Shown here piece by piece: positions 42,432-58,218 of a stretch of DNA of 64,000 bases (position 1 is its first letter; each line of letters opens with the position of its first letter). The position numbers were made by a program, and so were the translations under genes. The stretch lies in NCBI RefSeq assembly GCF_009914755.1, contig NC_060934.1; one strand, given 5' to 3'. Source of the DNA: the human T2T-CHM13v2.0 reference genome, Homo sapiens. Below the pieces are notes generated by a model, which saw only the letters and a program-made list of their open reading frames with translations, ran no database searches and was not told the origin of the DNA.

Positions 42432-42628
42432 CATTGCTATTGGAAATACTTAATAGTAGATGAAGGACACAGGATTAAGAATATGAAGTGCCGTCTAATC
42501 AGGGAGTTAAAACGATTCAATGCTGATAACAAACTTCTTTTGACTGGTACTCCCTTGCAAAACAATTTATCAGAACTTTGGTCATTGCTAAACTTTTTGT
42601 TGCCAGATGTATTTGATGACTTGAAAAG
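42432..42628 (+). CDS. HELLS: HELLS exon 11 (Walker B DEGH; motif III LTGTP)
   Basis: ctag|, AAG|gtgggt; 197 nt. Confidence 0.98.
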
Positions 42629-43334
42629 GTGGGTAAGCCAGTTATTTAATGATTTAACCTCAAAAATCTGTGCTGTTAGTTAAAATTACTTTCTTTTCAG
42701 TGACTGAATTAAAATGCCAAATATTTGGCAAGTTCTTTGTGGTGTATATTGTATGTTCTACTCCTGCCACAAATTATGTGAGAGCAGATTAAGAAAAGAT
42801 TATTTAAAACTTACTTGCATTGATTAAAGGAAGACTGCTGAATGCAACTTTAAGATAATATTTTTATAATAAGGTTCTTTTATGTGTTACCTTTGTAAAA
42901 CATTTTAAGATGGATTTTTCTTACTATATCCTCATTAAACAACCAGGGACAATAGAGTTGTTAAATTATTTCCTATCTCACATAAAAGAAAACCTAGGTG
43001 TAAAGTTGTTACAAGATAAGACTAGTTAGTTAGCACCAGAGCCAAAGTTAAAACCAAGGTCTCCCAATGTAAACACAGTGTTTTAATTCTGGAAACTGTT
43101 TGAATCTTAGCTTATATAATAAAATCAGACATAAAAGTAGTTTTCAGAAAGTAATTAGTAGCTTCAGAATGGAGGAGGAGGTAATGTTGACATAATTTAA
43201 AACTGATTACAACGGAAATATAACTTGGGCAAAAAATAATTTATACTTGTTTTGGCATCAGTGAAGGAAGTAAGCTAATTGGGTGTGGAAAAATAATTTT
43301 AAATTTTGGGAATTTATTTCAAATCTGGTTACCG

Positions 43335-43500
43335 AATGGTGGCTCAAGGCAGGCTACCTTATTGTGACTCTGGGCGCTTTTATTGAAAGACAAGAATTCC
43401 AGGTCCTGTGCAGACATACTGAGTTACAGTGTCAAGGTAGGAGTTGAGAATCTGAGTTTTTTGAACATGCTTCTGGTGATCCAAGTTTGGGAACTTCTAG
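43335..43500. mobile_element. MER5-like hAT fragment
   Basis: gagaatctgagtttttt...ctggtgatccaagtttgggaac motif. Confidence 0.5.
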
Positions 43501-44068
43501 TCTACTGCATAAATGTTACTAGCATTTTCCAGAATTGGGTATAATGTTACCTATTCTATATTATTAATCTGCATGCTCATACTTAATTGCTCATTGTAAT
43601 ATATATATTTTCAACATTGGGAAGGAATAAGCATGTATATTATTGTCAAGTTATGTATATGTTGAATTTTAAAATATTTATTGTAGTGGGCCATACTTAG
43701 ACTGATGGAGAAAAATCATATGGCTTTGGTTTTCAGAGATAGTTCTCACTTTTGTAATGTAAAATTATAAATATATACCTTAATCTTATTTTTGATTTTT
43801 ATACTACTGTACAATTGTTAATCTATTTATAAATCAGAAAAGTGTTCCCTTTAAGCTCACAGTTCTTGATGGTTCAAAAATGCAACCAATTTATCTTTGT
43901 TGTTGGAATGTGTTCTCTTCCATTATAAATTTTAAAAATTGCACCTAAGGATTTGATGCAACAATACCACGTTTCATTATCAGATTATTACTGTAAATGA
44001 TAAATCATGTATCATGTTGACATAATTGAATTTATGTGATGGTTAACTTAAACATTTTTCTCTTCCAG

Positions 44069-44165
44069 CTTTGAGTCTTGGTTTGACATCACTAGTCTTT
44101 CTGAAACTGCTGAAGATATTATTGCTAAAGAAAGAGAACAGAATGTATTGCATATGCTGCACCAG
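44069..44165 (+). CDS. HELLS: HELLS exon 12 (FESWFDI...HMLHQ)
   Basis: ccag|, CAG|gttttc (weak donor); 97 nt. Confidence 0.95.
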
Positions 44166-47100
44166 GTTTTCCATGTTTTCTTATTCTGCTTAACCATAGG
44201 CTCGATAGAGTATAAAAGGAACTCTGGAGATCACCTGTCTAACCCTTTGTAGTAGAGATTTGAAAAATGAAGATCCTCCTACATTTAAATGACTCCTTTG
44301 TCCTTTCTTCTCCCAGAGGTCACATGGTTTTATGACAGAACTCAAGTGCTTACCTAAGTTTTGTCCTTTTCAGATAGTATACTCATTTTACCCCTAATGG
44401 TTACTGATAAGTTTGTCAAGCACAAAACAGAAGTATGTGGTTTTTATGGAATGCTTGCCAATAATACTTTTATAATTTACATCCTTGCATGGCTGCTGTC
44501 TAATCTATTTTTATTGCTTCCTGTAATTCCTACCCCATCCTACCTATCTTTAATTTAGAGAAACATTATCTTTCAAGGGTAATCTAGTCATATGGGCCTG
44601 AAAAGCTTCTCAGTTGTGGTTTAGCAATTTTATTCAAAGTCTTTATCGTTTTTTCTGATATTAAAGTTTATACATGTTCATGAGAAAAACGTGAAGCAGG
44701 AGAGAAGTGAAAAGTAAAAATATCACTTCCTCTTAAAATTGTATTTCCTAGCAGTGCATGTGGAATGATTATGTTGTGTTATATGACAATCCAAACTCTT
44801 TTCTGTCTTTGTGTAAACACGTGTGTTTTATCTATATTTTATGAAGAAAAGGACTTTAAAAATAAAATTGTTCCTTAAGATAGTCTTTTAAACAGTTATC
44901 AGAAAATTATTTTCCTTTTACTACATGTAGATTTAAATCAGTTTTTAATAGCTGCTTATTATCCCATTGTCCTGTTCTACTATAATTAATAATATCTATC
45001 TCTTCCTCTTTTCAAAATTTTCAACAATATAAACAAGGTTGTAGTATCTGTATTTAAAACTACACCTTTGCCCATTTCTGGCTATTTCCTTAGGAAAGAA
45101 TTCCTAGAATGTATGTGTCAGAGTTTACAGATGAGGGCTTCTTTGAAGGCAAATTGCCCTCCAGAAAAGATTTATATGATATACGTCCATATGAAAATAC
45201 TTATTTACTCAAGCTTCATACCAATTTTGAGGTTAGAAGTCCTTTTCAGTGTTGCAGAGATTAAAAAGGATGATTATTGCTGAATTGAGATGTTTATTGA
45301 CTATTGGTAGTTCCTTGTGGCCATATTCCAACATGTGTTGGAATATTTATTTATTAATGGTTTATAATAACTATATGTTAAAAATAAGTTAATGTTGCAA
45401 ATAATTTCTTTCCCCTCACTTTTTGGGATAAACTTTGTTTATGGTATCTTTGTGTGTGTTCATGTGCACAAGCGTGTGTGTTTATATTTAAAATTTTCTT
45501 TTTTTCCCACTGTGACTCTGGGCAATGACAGAAATTTCAATGCACCAATAGTTATAGAAGCTTTTAAATGTCCCAGTCTGAATTATTGGAGTAAATGACT
45601 TATTTAGGAAGAGATGTGTTTGGATATCACATCCTCATCAGTAGTGTATACATCCATATAGTGTAGCAAAGGATTAAGTTTCTGTTCTTAGGAAATTTAA
45701 TTAGAGTCAAGACAATGAATATTTATAGAATTTGTCACTTACACGTTACCTCACAGTGTATACAGGTAGATAGATATTCCTTAGAAATGATCATCTGCCT
45801 TTTGATTGAACATTTGTAGTAATTGTCATAGTTGATAATTCCATAAGAGGGCTCACTGGAATTGTTTTACTATAGATAACTTCAGATTTCCATTAATATT
45901 AAGATATGATAATGAACTTTTATTATATCCAAATTCAACAGTTTTATCAAAAATAGGGGCAGTTTTGAATGTTCTAGCAATAAGAATATTCTCTGTAATA
46001 CTGTGCTTAAATTTGAGTTTATATTACTTTTACGCTTTGTCCTAATTATGTTTTAATGCATTACTACAGGAAAAAGTTTTCATTCAAAATGAATTCAGAT
46101 TAGGTGGAGATAGTTTTAAATCGCTAGTATATTTTCTTAACTATTTTCTATATGAAAGAATTCCTTTCCTTTTTTTATGCAATGTTTACATAAACCTTGC
46201 ATAGTAAAAAAAATTTTTTTTACTTTCCGTTTAAAGTTCTCTAAGCTTGCTACTTTTCTATTTCCACCCCATATTGAAGGCCAAAAGCAGTATAACCTTT
46301 ACAAATTAATTATTTAAAATTTTTTATTTTAAAATTATGCGTACACGGTAAGATATTTTTAAATGTTATAAACATTTAGAAATTAAAAAGTAAGAAGTAA
46401 AAATTTCTGTTTTCCTTCTGCACTTCCTTTCTTATCTCCAAAGTATAACTAATAGTTTTTTTGTTTTGTTTTTTTTTTTTGTTTGTTTTTGTTTTTTTTT
46501 TTGTTTTTTTGGTTTTTTTTTTTTGAGACAGAGTCTCACTCTGTTGCCCAGGCCTGGAGTGCAGTGAGCGTCTGCCTCCCAGGTTCAAGCGATTTTCCTG
46601 CCTTAGCCTCCTGAGCAGCTGGGATTACAGGCGTGTGCCACCACACCTGGCTAATTTTTTTGTATTTTTAGTGGAGACGAGGTTTCACCATGTTGGCCAG
46701 GCTGGTCTTAAACTCCTGACCTCAAGTGATCTGCCCGCCTTGGCCTCCCAAAGTGCTGGGATTACAGGTGTGAGCCACTGCACCTGGCCAACAGATTTTT
46801 TTTTTTTTTTTTAGAGACAATGTCCTACTATGACATCCAGGCAGGAGAGTAGTGGTGCCATCGTTGGTTATTGGGTTGTTATCTGCAGCCTCCAACTCAT
46901 ACTCCTGGGTTCAAGTGATCCTCCTGCCTCAGCCTTCTGAGTTGCTGGAACCAAAGGTGCATGCCACCAGGTCCAGCTAATTTTTGGTAGATGGGTCTTG
47001 TATAAGTCTTGTTTTTGTCTGCTTTGAAAGCTTGTATACTAGGAAAAACATATATAAATACCTTTTTTATACATGTGTTTCAGCGGTATAGTGTGCCTCT

Positions 47101-47218
47101 TCTTCCACATATTTGCCATTTCAGTTAACATCAAACTATAGCATTTGTCAGTGCATGTGGTAGAAAAATATCTGGTTATTTCATGTTTTCCTTACAGACA
47201 TGGACATGTTTTTTTTAA

Positions 47219-47407
<189 letters not shown>

Positions 47408-47765
47408 TAGTAGAGACGGAGTTTCACTGTGTTAGCCGGGATGGTCTCGATCTCCTGACCTCGTGATCCGCCTGCCTTGGCCTCCCAAAGTGCTGGGATT
47501 ACAGGCGTGAGCCACCGCGCCCGGCCGGACATGTTTTAACATGTTTATGAAACATTTACATATTTTTCCTGATTGCCTGTCGGCATATTTGTTTTTGGGT
47601 TGGTAGATACCAACACTGGTAATGTGTTTACTATCTTTGGTAATAGTCTGTCTATGATTAGCTCTATACCTGTTGGGTATTTAAGTCCAGAGTCCTGAAA
47701 ATGAGCTTTATTATATATGATTACTATATGTAAACCATTGTCAGTATTTAATGGCAGGGGTATAA

Positions 47766-47939
<174 letters not shown>

Positions 47940-48410
47940 TAATCCCGCCACCACGCCTGACTAAATTTTTTTGTTTTTTTAGTAGAGACGGGATTTCACC
48001 ATGTTGGCCAGGCTAGTCTCAAACTTCTGACCTCAGGTGATCTGCTCGCCTCGGCTTCCCAAACTGCTGGGATTACAGGTGTGAGCTACTGCGTCCGACC
48101 TAGAGTATACAATGATTTTAATCTAGTATTTGTGCTCTTTTAGTGACCCGAATATTTTAATGCATAATTATTGTCTGTTGCTTCTGTGTTCTCTTTATAA
48201 ATGTGATAATCATTTGTAACCACCCCAGCTAATGAAAGAGAATAATTTTAAGCCTGAAACTTTAGAACTTATAGAAGGAAACTTGTATGTCTGCATCTCT
48301 AGGTCAGCTGGCTTTTTACTGAGTCTTAAAACCTCATTCTATTAAAAAATTTTTAATTTTTAAAAAAACTTTTAGTTTTTTGGGTACATAGTAGATGTAT
48401 ATATTTATGA

Positions 48411-48857
<447 letters not shown>

Positions 48858-49334
48858 TAAAATGTAAAAGTTAAATTATTATTGACTGTAGTCACCCTGT
48901 TGTGCTACCAAATATTAGGTCTTATTATTTCTACTTTTTGTACTCATTATTTCAAATATTTTTAATTTTTATTCATTTTTATTATTTCCCCTTTTGTATG
49001 GTGCTGATAACATCTCATTCTAAAAGTTGTGGGCTATAACTGAAACTTCAACCCTAAGAAATACAAATGCTACCTTTATATTTTTACTTTTAAAATTATT
49101 TGAGATAGATTCTTACAGTTTTTAAAAGAAAATAAATTCTGAAATGCTGCGGACAACTGTGAGTTTATCATTTGGTCTGGTCTGGGAAAATCTCAAGATA
49201 TTTTCACCTTTTGAGATTTGGCATTATTTATATAGGAAGTCAAAAGATAAGGTAAAGGAGTATATGGGGACAGTATTCCTTGAAAAACAAGAATGTTTAA
49301 TACTCATATTTTTCTGTTCATGTTTTAATTTTAG

Positions 49335-49496
49335 ATTTTAACACCTTTCTTATTGAGAAGACTGAAGTCTGATGTTGCTCTTGAAGTTCCTCCTAAACGA
49401 GAAGTAGTCGTTTATGCTCCACTTTCAAAGAAGCAGGAGATCTTTTATACAGCCATTGTGAACCGTACAATTGCAAACATGTTTGGATCCAGTGAG
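49335..49496 (+). CDS. HELLS: HELLS exon 13 ([14 protein letters not shown]...GSSE)
   Basis: ttag|, GAG|gtatag; 162 nt. Confidence 0.97.
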
Positions 49497-49534
49497 GTAT
49501 AGTGGTTTTGAAATGTACTGTAAATGAAACTTGA

Positions 49535-49768
<234 letters not shown>

Positions 49769-50138
49769 TAGCAATTGTGCCTGGCCTAAATTCCAGTTTT
49801 AAGGTCCCCTTGTTCATTTTTAGGACTTGGGTGAATTTCTAACTGGGGTATAAGGCATAAGGCTTAGTGGCAAAAGTTGTTTCCTAGTATCTGGAGTCCT
49901 GCTAAAATGTTAAGTGATAATCTTTGTATTAATTGCTTTACAGTCATCTGGAATACTTACTAAAAATTTAGGCCAGGCACGGTGGCTCATGCCTGTTATC
50001 CCAGCACTTTGAGAGGCCGAGGCGGGTGGATCACCTGAGGTCGGGAATTTGAGACCAGTCTGACCAACATGGAGAAAACCCTGTCTCTACTAAAAACACA
50101 AAATTAGCTAGGCGTGGTGGCGCATGCCTGTAATCCTA

Positions 50139-50252
<114 letters not shown>

Positions 50253-50414
50253 TCAAAAAAAATAAATAAAAAAAAAATGTATATTTCCGTACAGATTAAC
50301 TCTAATCATGCTTTCTGGAGATGAACTTGGAAATGCATTTTTAACAAGCACACAGGTAGGTATTTGAGAATCCCTGTACTAAGGACTTGGCAACTAGACT
50401 AATCTCCAGATATA

Positions 50415-50533
50415 CAGATTGAGCATCCAAAATCTGAGTTGCTCCAAAATTTGAAACTTTGAGTGCTGATATGAAACTGAAAGGAAATGCTTATTGGAGC
50501 ATTTGTATTTTCCCGTTAGGGATGTTCTACCTG
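50415..50533. mobile_element. Tigger4/MER46-like MITE
   Basis: TIRs cagattgagcatcc...ggatgttctacctg flanked by a TA duplication. Confidence 0.75.
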
Positions 50534-50707
50534 TACAGTTTCCTTACAGAAGGTTATTGATAACCAAAAAGATTAATAATCAATTTGATGATGATTATTC
50601 ATCACCCACCATATTATAGGAGATAGAGGTGGGATGTTATTATCATGTAACTGAAGGAGACCCTTAAGTTTTGTTTAACTTTCCAGGTTTTTTATTGTAC
50701 ACTATAA

Positions 50708-50977
<270 letters not shown>

Positions 50978-51519
50978 TAGAGACGGGGTTTCACCATGGT
51001 AGCCAGGATGGTCTCGATCTTCTGACCTTGTGATCTGCCCGCCTCGGCCTCCGAAAGTGCTGGGTTTACAGGCGTGAGCCACCGTACCCGGCCTCTTCTC
51101 CCTTTTTAATAATTAATTATAATTAAAGGAAGGGTCTAGCCGTTTACAAATTTACATTATTTGTCTGTTAATGAGCAATTTCATAATGAGCAGTTTCATG
51201 CAGTGTTACACCAGTCTGAAGAAATATCCTCTGTACTGCAAATTTCCGGAGCCATATTTCAACTTTAAGGTATTAAATCCTTTTGTGTAAGTTCAAAGTA
51301 GTTTTATACACCCTTCATTTTTACCTATTGAGATATGAAGGCCCTTCCTCTTACTTTCAGATATTGTTGTCCATGTTAAAATTAAACTAATTTCCCACAA
51401 CATTTGTATTTGTCTATAGATTGTCATTTTGTACATAAAATATGCCTTATTTTGTTTACATTTAGAACCTAAGGACATAGCTTTATAAACTGAATTTCTT
51501 TTAATTCGTTCCCTTTTAG

Positions 51520-51659
51520 AAAGAAACAATTGAGTTAAGTCCTACTGGTCGACCAAAACGACGAACTAGAAAATCAATAAATTACAGCAAAATAGATGAT
51601 TTCCCTAATGAATTGGAAAAACTGATCAGTCAAATACAGCCAGAGGTGGACCGAGAAAG
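51520..51659 (+). CDS. HELLS: HELLS exon 14 (KETIELSP...VDRE)
   Basis: ttag|, AAG|gtttga; 140 nt. Confidence 0.95.
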
Positions 51660-51744
51660 GTTTGAATTCAAAAGTGAATTTAAGTATTCTTTAAACTGTG
51701 ACCATTTTTTGCATTTCCCATATATGCATTATTTGTTTTGGTAG

Positions 51745-51883
51745 AGCTGTTGTGGAAGTGAATATCCCTGTAGAATCTGAAGTTAATCTGAAGCTGCAGA
51801 ATATAATGATGCTACTTCGTAAATGTTGTAATCATCCATATTTGATTGAATATCCTATAGACCCTGTTACACAAGAATTTAAG
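51745..51883 (+). CDS. HELLS: HELLS exon 15 (AVVEVN...[10 protein letters not shown]...EFK)
   Basis: gtag|, AAG|gtgaat; 139 nt. Confidence 0.97.
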
Positions 51884-52583
51884 GTGAATACTGTTTAATT
51901 CTAATTTACTGTTTTGATTTCCATTACTTTTATATTGGTGGAAAGTGTTACTTTTTTTGATTATAATTATTAAAAATAAGTATGGTGCTATTTGTCATGA
52001 AGATTGTAATCCTTCAGTAAGCTGAGACAGTCTTCTTTCCGAAATTTCAGAGAACCTTATCAGGGTTAGAAAAATGGTCACTTTCTATGAGCAACTAGTT
52101 TTTTAAATTTTTTTATTTTTTATAGAGACAGGGTCTTGCTATGTTTCTCAGGCTGGTCTCAAACTTCCTGGTTTCTCAGGCAATCCTGCCTCAGCTTCCC
52201 AGAGTGCTAGGATTACAGGCAAGAGCCACCACGCTTGGCCTCTATGCAACTTATATTTTTATTTACATATTTTATGTGAACAACTAAGAATTCTAAATTT
52301 AGTAATTGATTTGTACTCTGCATGTTTACTTGTTATATTTTAGAGAGAGTGGTCATCTTTTCACTATTTCTTTTATCATTAATATTTGGCTTATCAAAAT
52401 CAGCCTGGTTGCTCATTGCTTAAAGATCAACAGGTAGCCATAGAATAAAACCAGTTTTGATTTGGAGGTTTTCAAATTAAGTAAATGAAGTTGCTTTCTT
52501 GGGTAGTTGATAGAATGATAGCATAATATCAATAGAAATAAATTCTTAGTAACCCTCAATCACAGTTGTTTCAAGGTAGTTTA

Positions 52584-52813
52584 CAATAGGCTTTTCCACT
52601 CCTGGCAATATTGACATTTTGGGCCAGATAATTCTTTCTTAGGAGGTAATGTTCTGTGCACTTAGGACATTTAGCAGCATCCCTGTCTTCTACCCATTAG
52701 ATGCCACTAGTATTCACTTCCCTCAGTTATGACAACTAAAAAGTTTGCTGCCGCTGCCAAATATACCCTGGGGATAGGTGGAGGGCAAAATTGTCCCCAT
52801 TTGAGAGGCACTG
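52584..52813. mobile_element. MER20 (hAT-Charlie)
   Basis: tattgacattttgggccagataattct...ttagcagcatccctg...ctacccattagatgcca...ttgagaggcactg. Confidence 0.8.
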
Positions 52814-53335
52814 CTTTACATCTTTATTAGAGTAAGAAGGAAGACAAAACTTTCCCACTCAAATGAAAGTAGCTCTCTCATGAGGGAATTTCACCAGAAG
52901 GTGAAAAAGTCTTTGTCCACAATATTTAGATTACTTATCAGCTCCTGTATTTTCTCTTAATTTCTGGTAAGAATTCTAGCAGTAGTTTACATATACATTT
53001 AGTTGGAAATAACTCACTTATAAAGAATAAGCCTGAGTATGTACCCATTAAGTTTGACATAATTGTTTTCTTTCACAATGACTTTGAGAGAGGAGTGTTG
53101 AGGTTAGATCAAAGTTATATTTGTACTTTGTTTTTGTGAAATTGCTGGTTTTACATTCTAGAGTATGTCTTTGAGTAATAACTATCTTCTGATTTTACAA
53201 AGATTGAATAACAGGTCAGTTTTTAAGTTTTTTAAGTGACTTGGCTTTGAAAATTGAACTTTCCAAATGGCTTTTGTTTTAACAAAGCAAATAACAGTTT
53301 TCTCTCTATTTTTTCTTCCTTTGCCCCTCCTTAAG

Positions 53336-53419
53336 ATCGATGAAGAATTGGTAACAAATTCTGGGAAGTTCTTGATTTTGGATCGAATGCTGCCAGAACT
53401 AAAAAAAAGAGGTCACAAG
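53336..53419 (+). CDS. HELLS: HELLS exon 16 ([11 protein letters not shown]...GHK)
   Basis: taag|, AAG|gtggta; 84 nt. Confidence 0.96.
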
Positions 53420-53501
53420 GTGGTACTTTTGATTGGAATTTTGGATTGTTCAATTATTTTTTTATCAATCATTAGAAATATTAAGATATGTTTAATTTCA
53501 G

Positions 53502-53621
53502 GTGCTGCTTTTTTCACAAATGACAAGCATGTTGGACATTTTGATGGATTACTGCCATCTCAGAGATTTCAACTTCAGCAGGCTTGATGGGTCCATGTCT
53601 TACTCAGAGAGAGAAAAAAAC
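53502..53621 (+). CDS. HELLS: HELLS exon 17 (motif IV VLLFSQM; RLDGS)
   Basis: tcag|, AAC|gtaaga; 120 nt. Confidence 0.97.
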
Positions 53622-54605
53622 GTAAGACTACTTATGTCATACATACCAAACTATTCTTTTATAATTCCTATCTTGATTTCTGAAGTAATATTCCAAATAG
53701 ACCCACAAATTGATAAAAAGATAGAAATGACCAGAAACCCTGTGGTTTTATCAAAAACAAACATTTTGATTTAGTACTAAGAAGTCTTAATTTTTGATTC
53801 ACAAATATATATATCTTCTGGCACAATCTTATTAATAATATCCTACTTAACCATCACTGTAAGAATATTGGGATAGCAGGAAATTTTTTGCCTTTTTGCC
53901 CTGTCCTCAACTTTCTATTATGAAAATATCAACTATATGGCAAAGTTGAAAAAAAAAAAGCAACTGTAAATCCGCCTACAATCTGCTGTTAACATTTGAC
54001 TATACCTTTTTAAAAACACATTTCCTGTAATAGCAGCCTTGCTGTATCCATTCAGCATTTAATCCTGGTTTTTTGGTGCATTTAAAAATAAAATATAGAT
54101 GATACTACCCTTTTCCGTAATGACTTCAGCATATTTTATCTTTTGGGGTAAAATTTACACATACTGAAGCAAATAATGTATACATTTGCTGAATCTTTCT
54201 GACAAATGCATATGTAAATTTATACCTAACCCCTATTAAGATATAGAATGTTACCATCAGCCCAGAAAGTTTCCTGTGCCCCCTTCTAGTCAATTCTCCC
54301 CTGCACCCACCCCATGTGTTTAGACAACTACAATTTTTTCATCATTTTTTGATATTAGCTTTTCTTATTTAAACATTGTTGTGATACATGGTTTTTAACA
54401 AAATTAAGATCTCTTTAATATAGGTGCTTGGACGATAAAGCTAACAGCACAGGTTTTGTTAACATAATTGTTTTATAGATCTGAATGATTTGTTTGGCCT
54501 CCTTTGTTTAAGTCTTTAATAGTTGTAATTGAAAACATTTTTCTCCTTCAGTCTTGTTGGTTAATTTATTTTAATCTGTTGTATTTACATCCTTTTTGCT
54601 TTTAG

Positions 54606-54893
<288 letters not shown>

Positions 54894-55801
54894 TGAGTAG
54901 CTGTGACTATAGGTGTACACCACAATGCCTGGCTAATTTTTGTGTTTTTAGTAGAGACGGGGTTTTGCCATGTTGGCCAGGCTCTCTTGAATCCTGACCT
55001 CAGGTGATCCGCCCACCTCGGCCTCCCAAAGTGCTGGCATTACAGGCTTGAGCCACCACACCCAGCCTCCATTCTGAATTTTTTTTTTTTTTTTTTTTTG
55101 AGAAGGAGTTTTGCTCTTGTTGCCCAGGCTGGGATTAAGTGCTGGGATTACCAGCATGAGCCACCGCGCCCGGCCATTCTGAATTTTTAATTTTTAATGG
55201 TACATGTTACAAATTTACTTATCTATTTTGAAAAGATACCCATTTTCAGCTAAGAGTTATTTCTTCATAAAGTTTTTTGCAAGTAAAAATTGAAAATTTT
55301 TTTTTACTTTTGTTTTTAGTGACAGGGTCTCACTATCACCCAGGCTTGAGTGCAGTGGCACCATCACGGCTCAGTAGCCTTGACCTTTTGGATTCAAGTG
55401 ATCCTCCCACCTCATTCTCTCAAGTAGCTGGGTCTATGGGTGTGCTACCATGCCCACAAAAAATGTAAAAATTAGTGAGACCACGTCTCACTGTTTGCCC
55501 ACGCTGGTCTTGTATCCTCATATGATCCTCCTGCCTTGGCTTCCCAAAATGCTGAGATTATAGGAGTGAGTCATCGTGCCCATCCTGAAATGTTTTCTTT
55601 AGGGTATTTAAACTTTTTTGTTAATATTGTCAAGGATCTGTGGAATGATAATTTTGTCTATGAAGCCACTCTGGAAGTTTAAATTAAGACACCACTATTT
55701 AAAAGTTCCTGGCTAGATCATTCATGTTGACTTTATCCACATGAGTTTATGTTAATTTTAACCTAATACCGTTAAATATTATTTTTCTTTTTAACTTTAA
55801 G

Positions 55802-55961
55802 AACCCCCAGTCGGATCTTCAGGCCCAGGATAGATGTCATAGAATTGGTCAGACAAAGCCAGTTGTTGTTTATCGCCTTGTTACAGCAAATACTATCGAT
55901 CAGAAAATTGTGGAAAGAGCAGCTGCTAAAAGGAAACTGGAAAAGTTGATCATCCATAAAA
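55802..55961 (+). CDS. HELLS: HELLS exon 19 (motif [13 protein letters not shown])
   Basis: taag|, AAA|gtaaat; 160 nt. Confidence 0.97.
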
Positions 55962-56073
55962 GTAAATAACACTTATGTAGTGCTTTATTGTTTAAATTGT
56001 GCATTGTGTGTTGTGGATTTTGTTTTTATTTTGTTTATAAAATATTACAGCCTGGGCCGAGTTCTGTGTCTCA

Positions 56074-56438
<365 letters not shown>

Positions 56439-57966
56439 TTAGCGAGTATGTAGATATGTAGATGAAGAGCAGATGGGCAGAGAAAAGGGGTCAAGGATAA
56501 CTACATGTTCCTGATAAGAGATTGGCTTGCTAAAAGTTTTAAGATAAATATTTTGCAAGTTCCATGTATTAAAATATTAAGTGTATTTAAGTGTTATAAA
56601 AAATCTATTTATTTATTGAACCCACTGTTTCACAGAATATTTCACTGCAGAATGCCCTTTTTATAGTTTTGGACACTTTTTTTTCCTTTTTCATTTCCTT
56701 ATCATAACCAGATGGGTCTCAACAATGCTTTTTAATCTAGAAAAAATTCTGAGGAGGTGGGGAACTGACATAGGTGAAAAAGTTTTGTTCCTGAGATTCC
56801 TTAGAGAAGTTATACTTCTATCCATTCACCATAAAATTTTCTTTGAATAAATGGCTTGATAGCTACCTGAAGAAATGTTGAAAATCATTTATGTAAATCA
56901 TCAAGCCCTAGAGAAATGGGAACATGATAATGTTAATGTGAAAAGTAATGTTGGAAATCACTAATAATTTATTTTATACTCCTTTTCCACTTGTAAATAC
57001 TTTCTCTGGGTTTTGAGGTAAGAGTGTATTAAGGTTTAGACAAAATTAATTTGGTGAAACATTTAGATTGTAATTGGAACTTGCATTGGGGAAAAAGCAT
57101 AATTTTTTTTTAAGAGACCATTTAACTTTTTTACCCAGGTTGTTCTCGAACACCTGGACTCAAGTGATCCTCCTGCCTTAGCCTCTTCAAGTGTTGGGCT
57201 TATAGGTGTGAGCCACTGTGCTCAGCCCTATTTTCGATTTTTTAGTAGATTAATTTTGTAGAAAATTTTGAAGGGATTTTTTTAAATGCTGACATTTTTC
57301 AGTTGAGTTATTACATACATACAGCAAAATGCACAGATCTTAAATGTACAGGTTAATGAAGTTTGACCAGATTTATGTACTCCTATGTAACTATCATCGA
57401 GATCAAGGTAGCATTTTCATCATCCAAGAAATTTTCTTTGTTCACCCTTTCCAGTAATTCCTATGCTCCCCTTACCATCACTAGGAAGCATCCAGTATTC
57501 TGATTTTTGTCACACTGATGAGTCTTTTTTCTGTTTAGCTATTTTGTTGAATATATTTTTTCAACACAGAGTCATCTGTGTTGTTTTTAGTAGAATTTTT
57601 TTCTTTTAATTGGTGAATAGTTTGTTTTTTCCATTCTCCTGTTGGTCGACATTTAAATTATTTCTAGATTCTGGTTATTATGAATAAGTTGGTCCTGTAC
57701 AAGTCTTTGTGGACATAATGCATTTTTTGGTCCTTGATCTTAGGGAGGGTGCGTGTTTAACTACTGGAAACTACCAGCCTTTTCCAAAGTGGACATATCA
57801 TTTTCCAGTCCTACCAGCGAAGCCTGAGAGCTTCATTTGCTTTTATTTTTTATCAACACTTTTTTTTGCCGTCCTTCTTAATGCAAGCCATTGTGATTGG
57901 TTTGTAATATGTTGTATTGTAGTTTTAAAAGGAATTTTAATGTTTTTAATTTCTCATTTTTTTTAG

Positions 57967-58063
57967 ATCATTTCAAAGGTGGTCAGTCTGGATTAAATCT
58001 GTCTAAGAATTTCTTAGATCCTAAGGAATTAATGGAATTATTAAAATCTAGAGATTATGAAAG
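57967..58063 (+). CDS. HELLS: HELLS exon 20 (HFKGGQ...RDYE)
   Basis: ttag|, AAG|gtgagt; 97 nt. Confidence 0.96.
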
Positions 58064-58141
58064 GTGAGTTTTTAATTTTAGAAAGATTTAATTTGTAGCT
58101 TTGAATTATTCACATAGACTTGAATATTTTGTTTTCTATAG

Positions 58142-58218
58142 GGAAATAAAAGGATCAAGAGAGAAGGTCATTAGTGATAAAGATCTAGAGTTGTTGTTAG
58201 ATCGAAGTGATCTTATTG
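58142..58218 (+). CDS. HELLS: HELLS exon 21 (EIKGS...LLDRSDLI)
   Basis: atag|, TTG|gtaagt; 77 nt. Confidence 0.96.
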
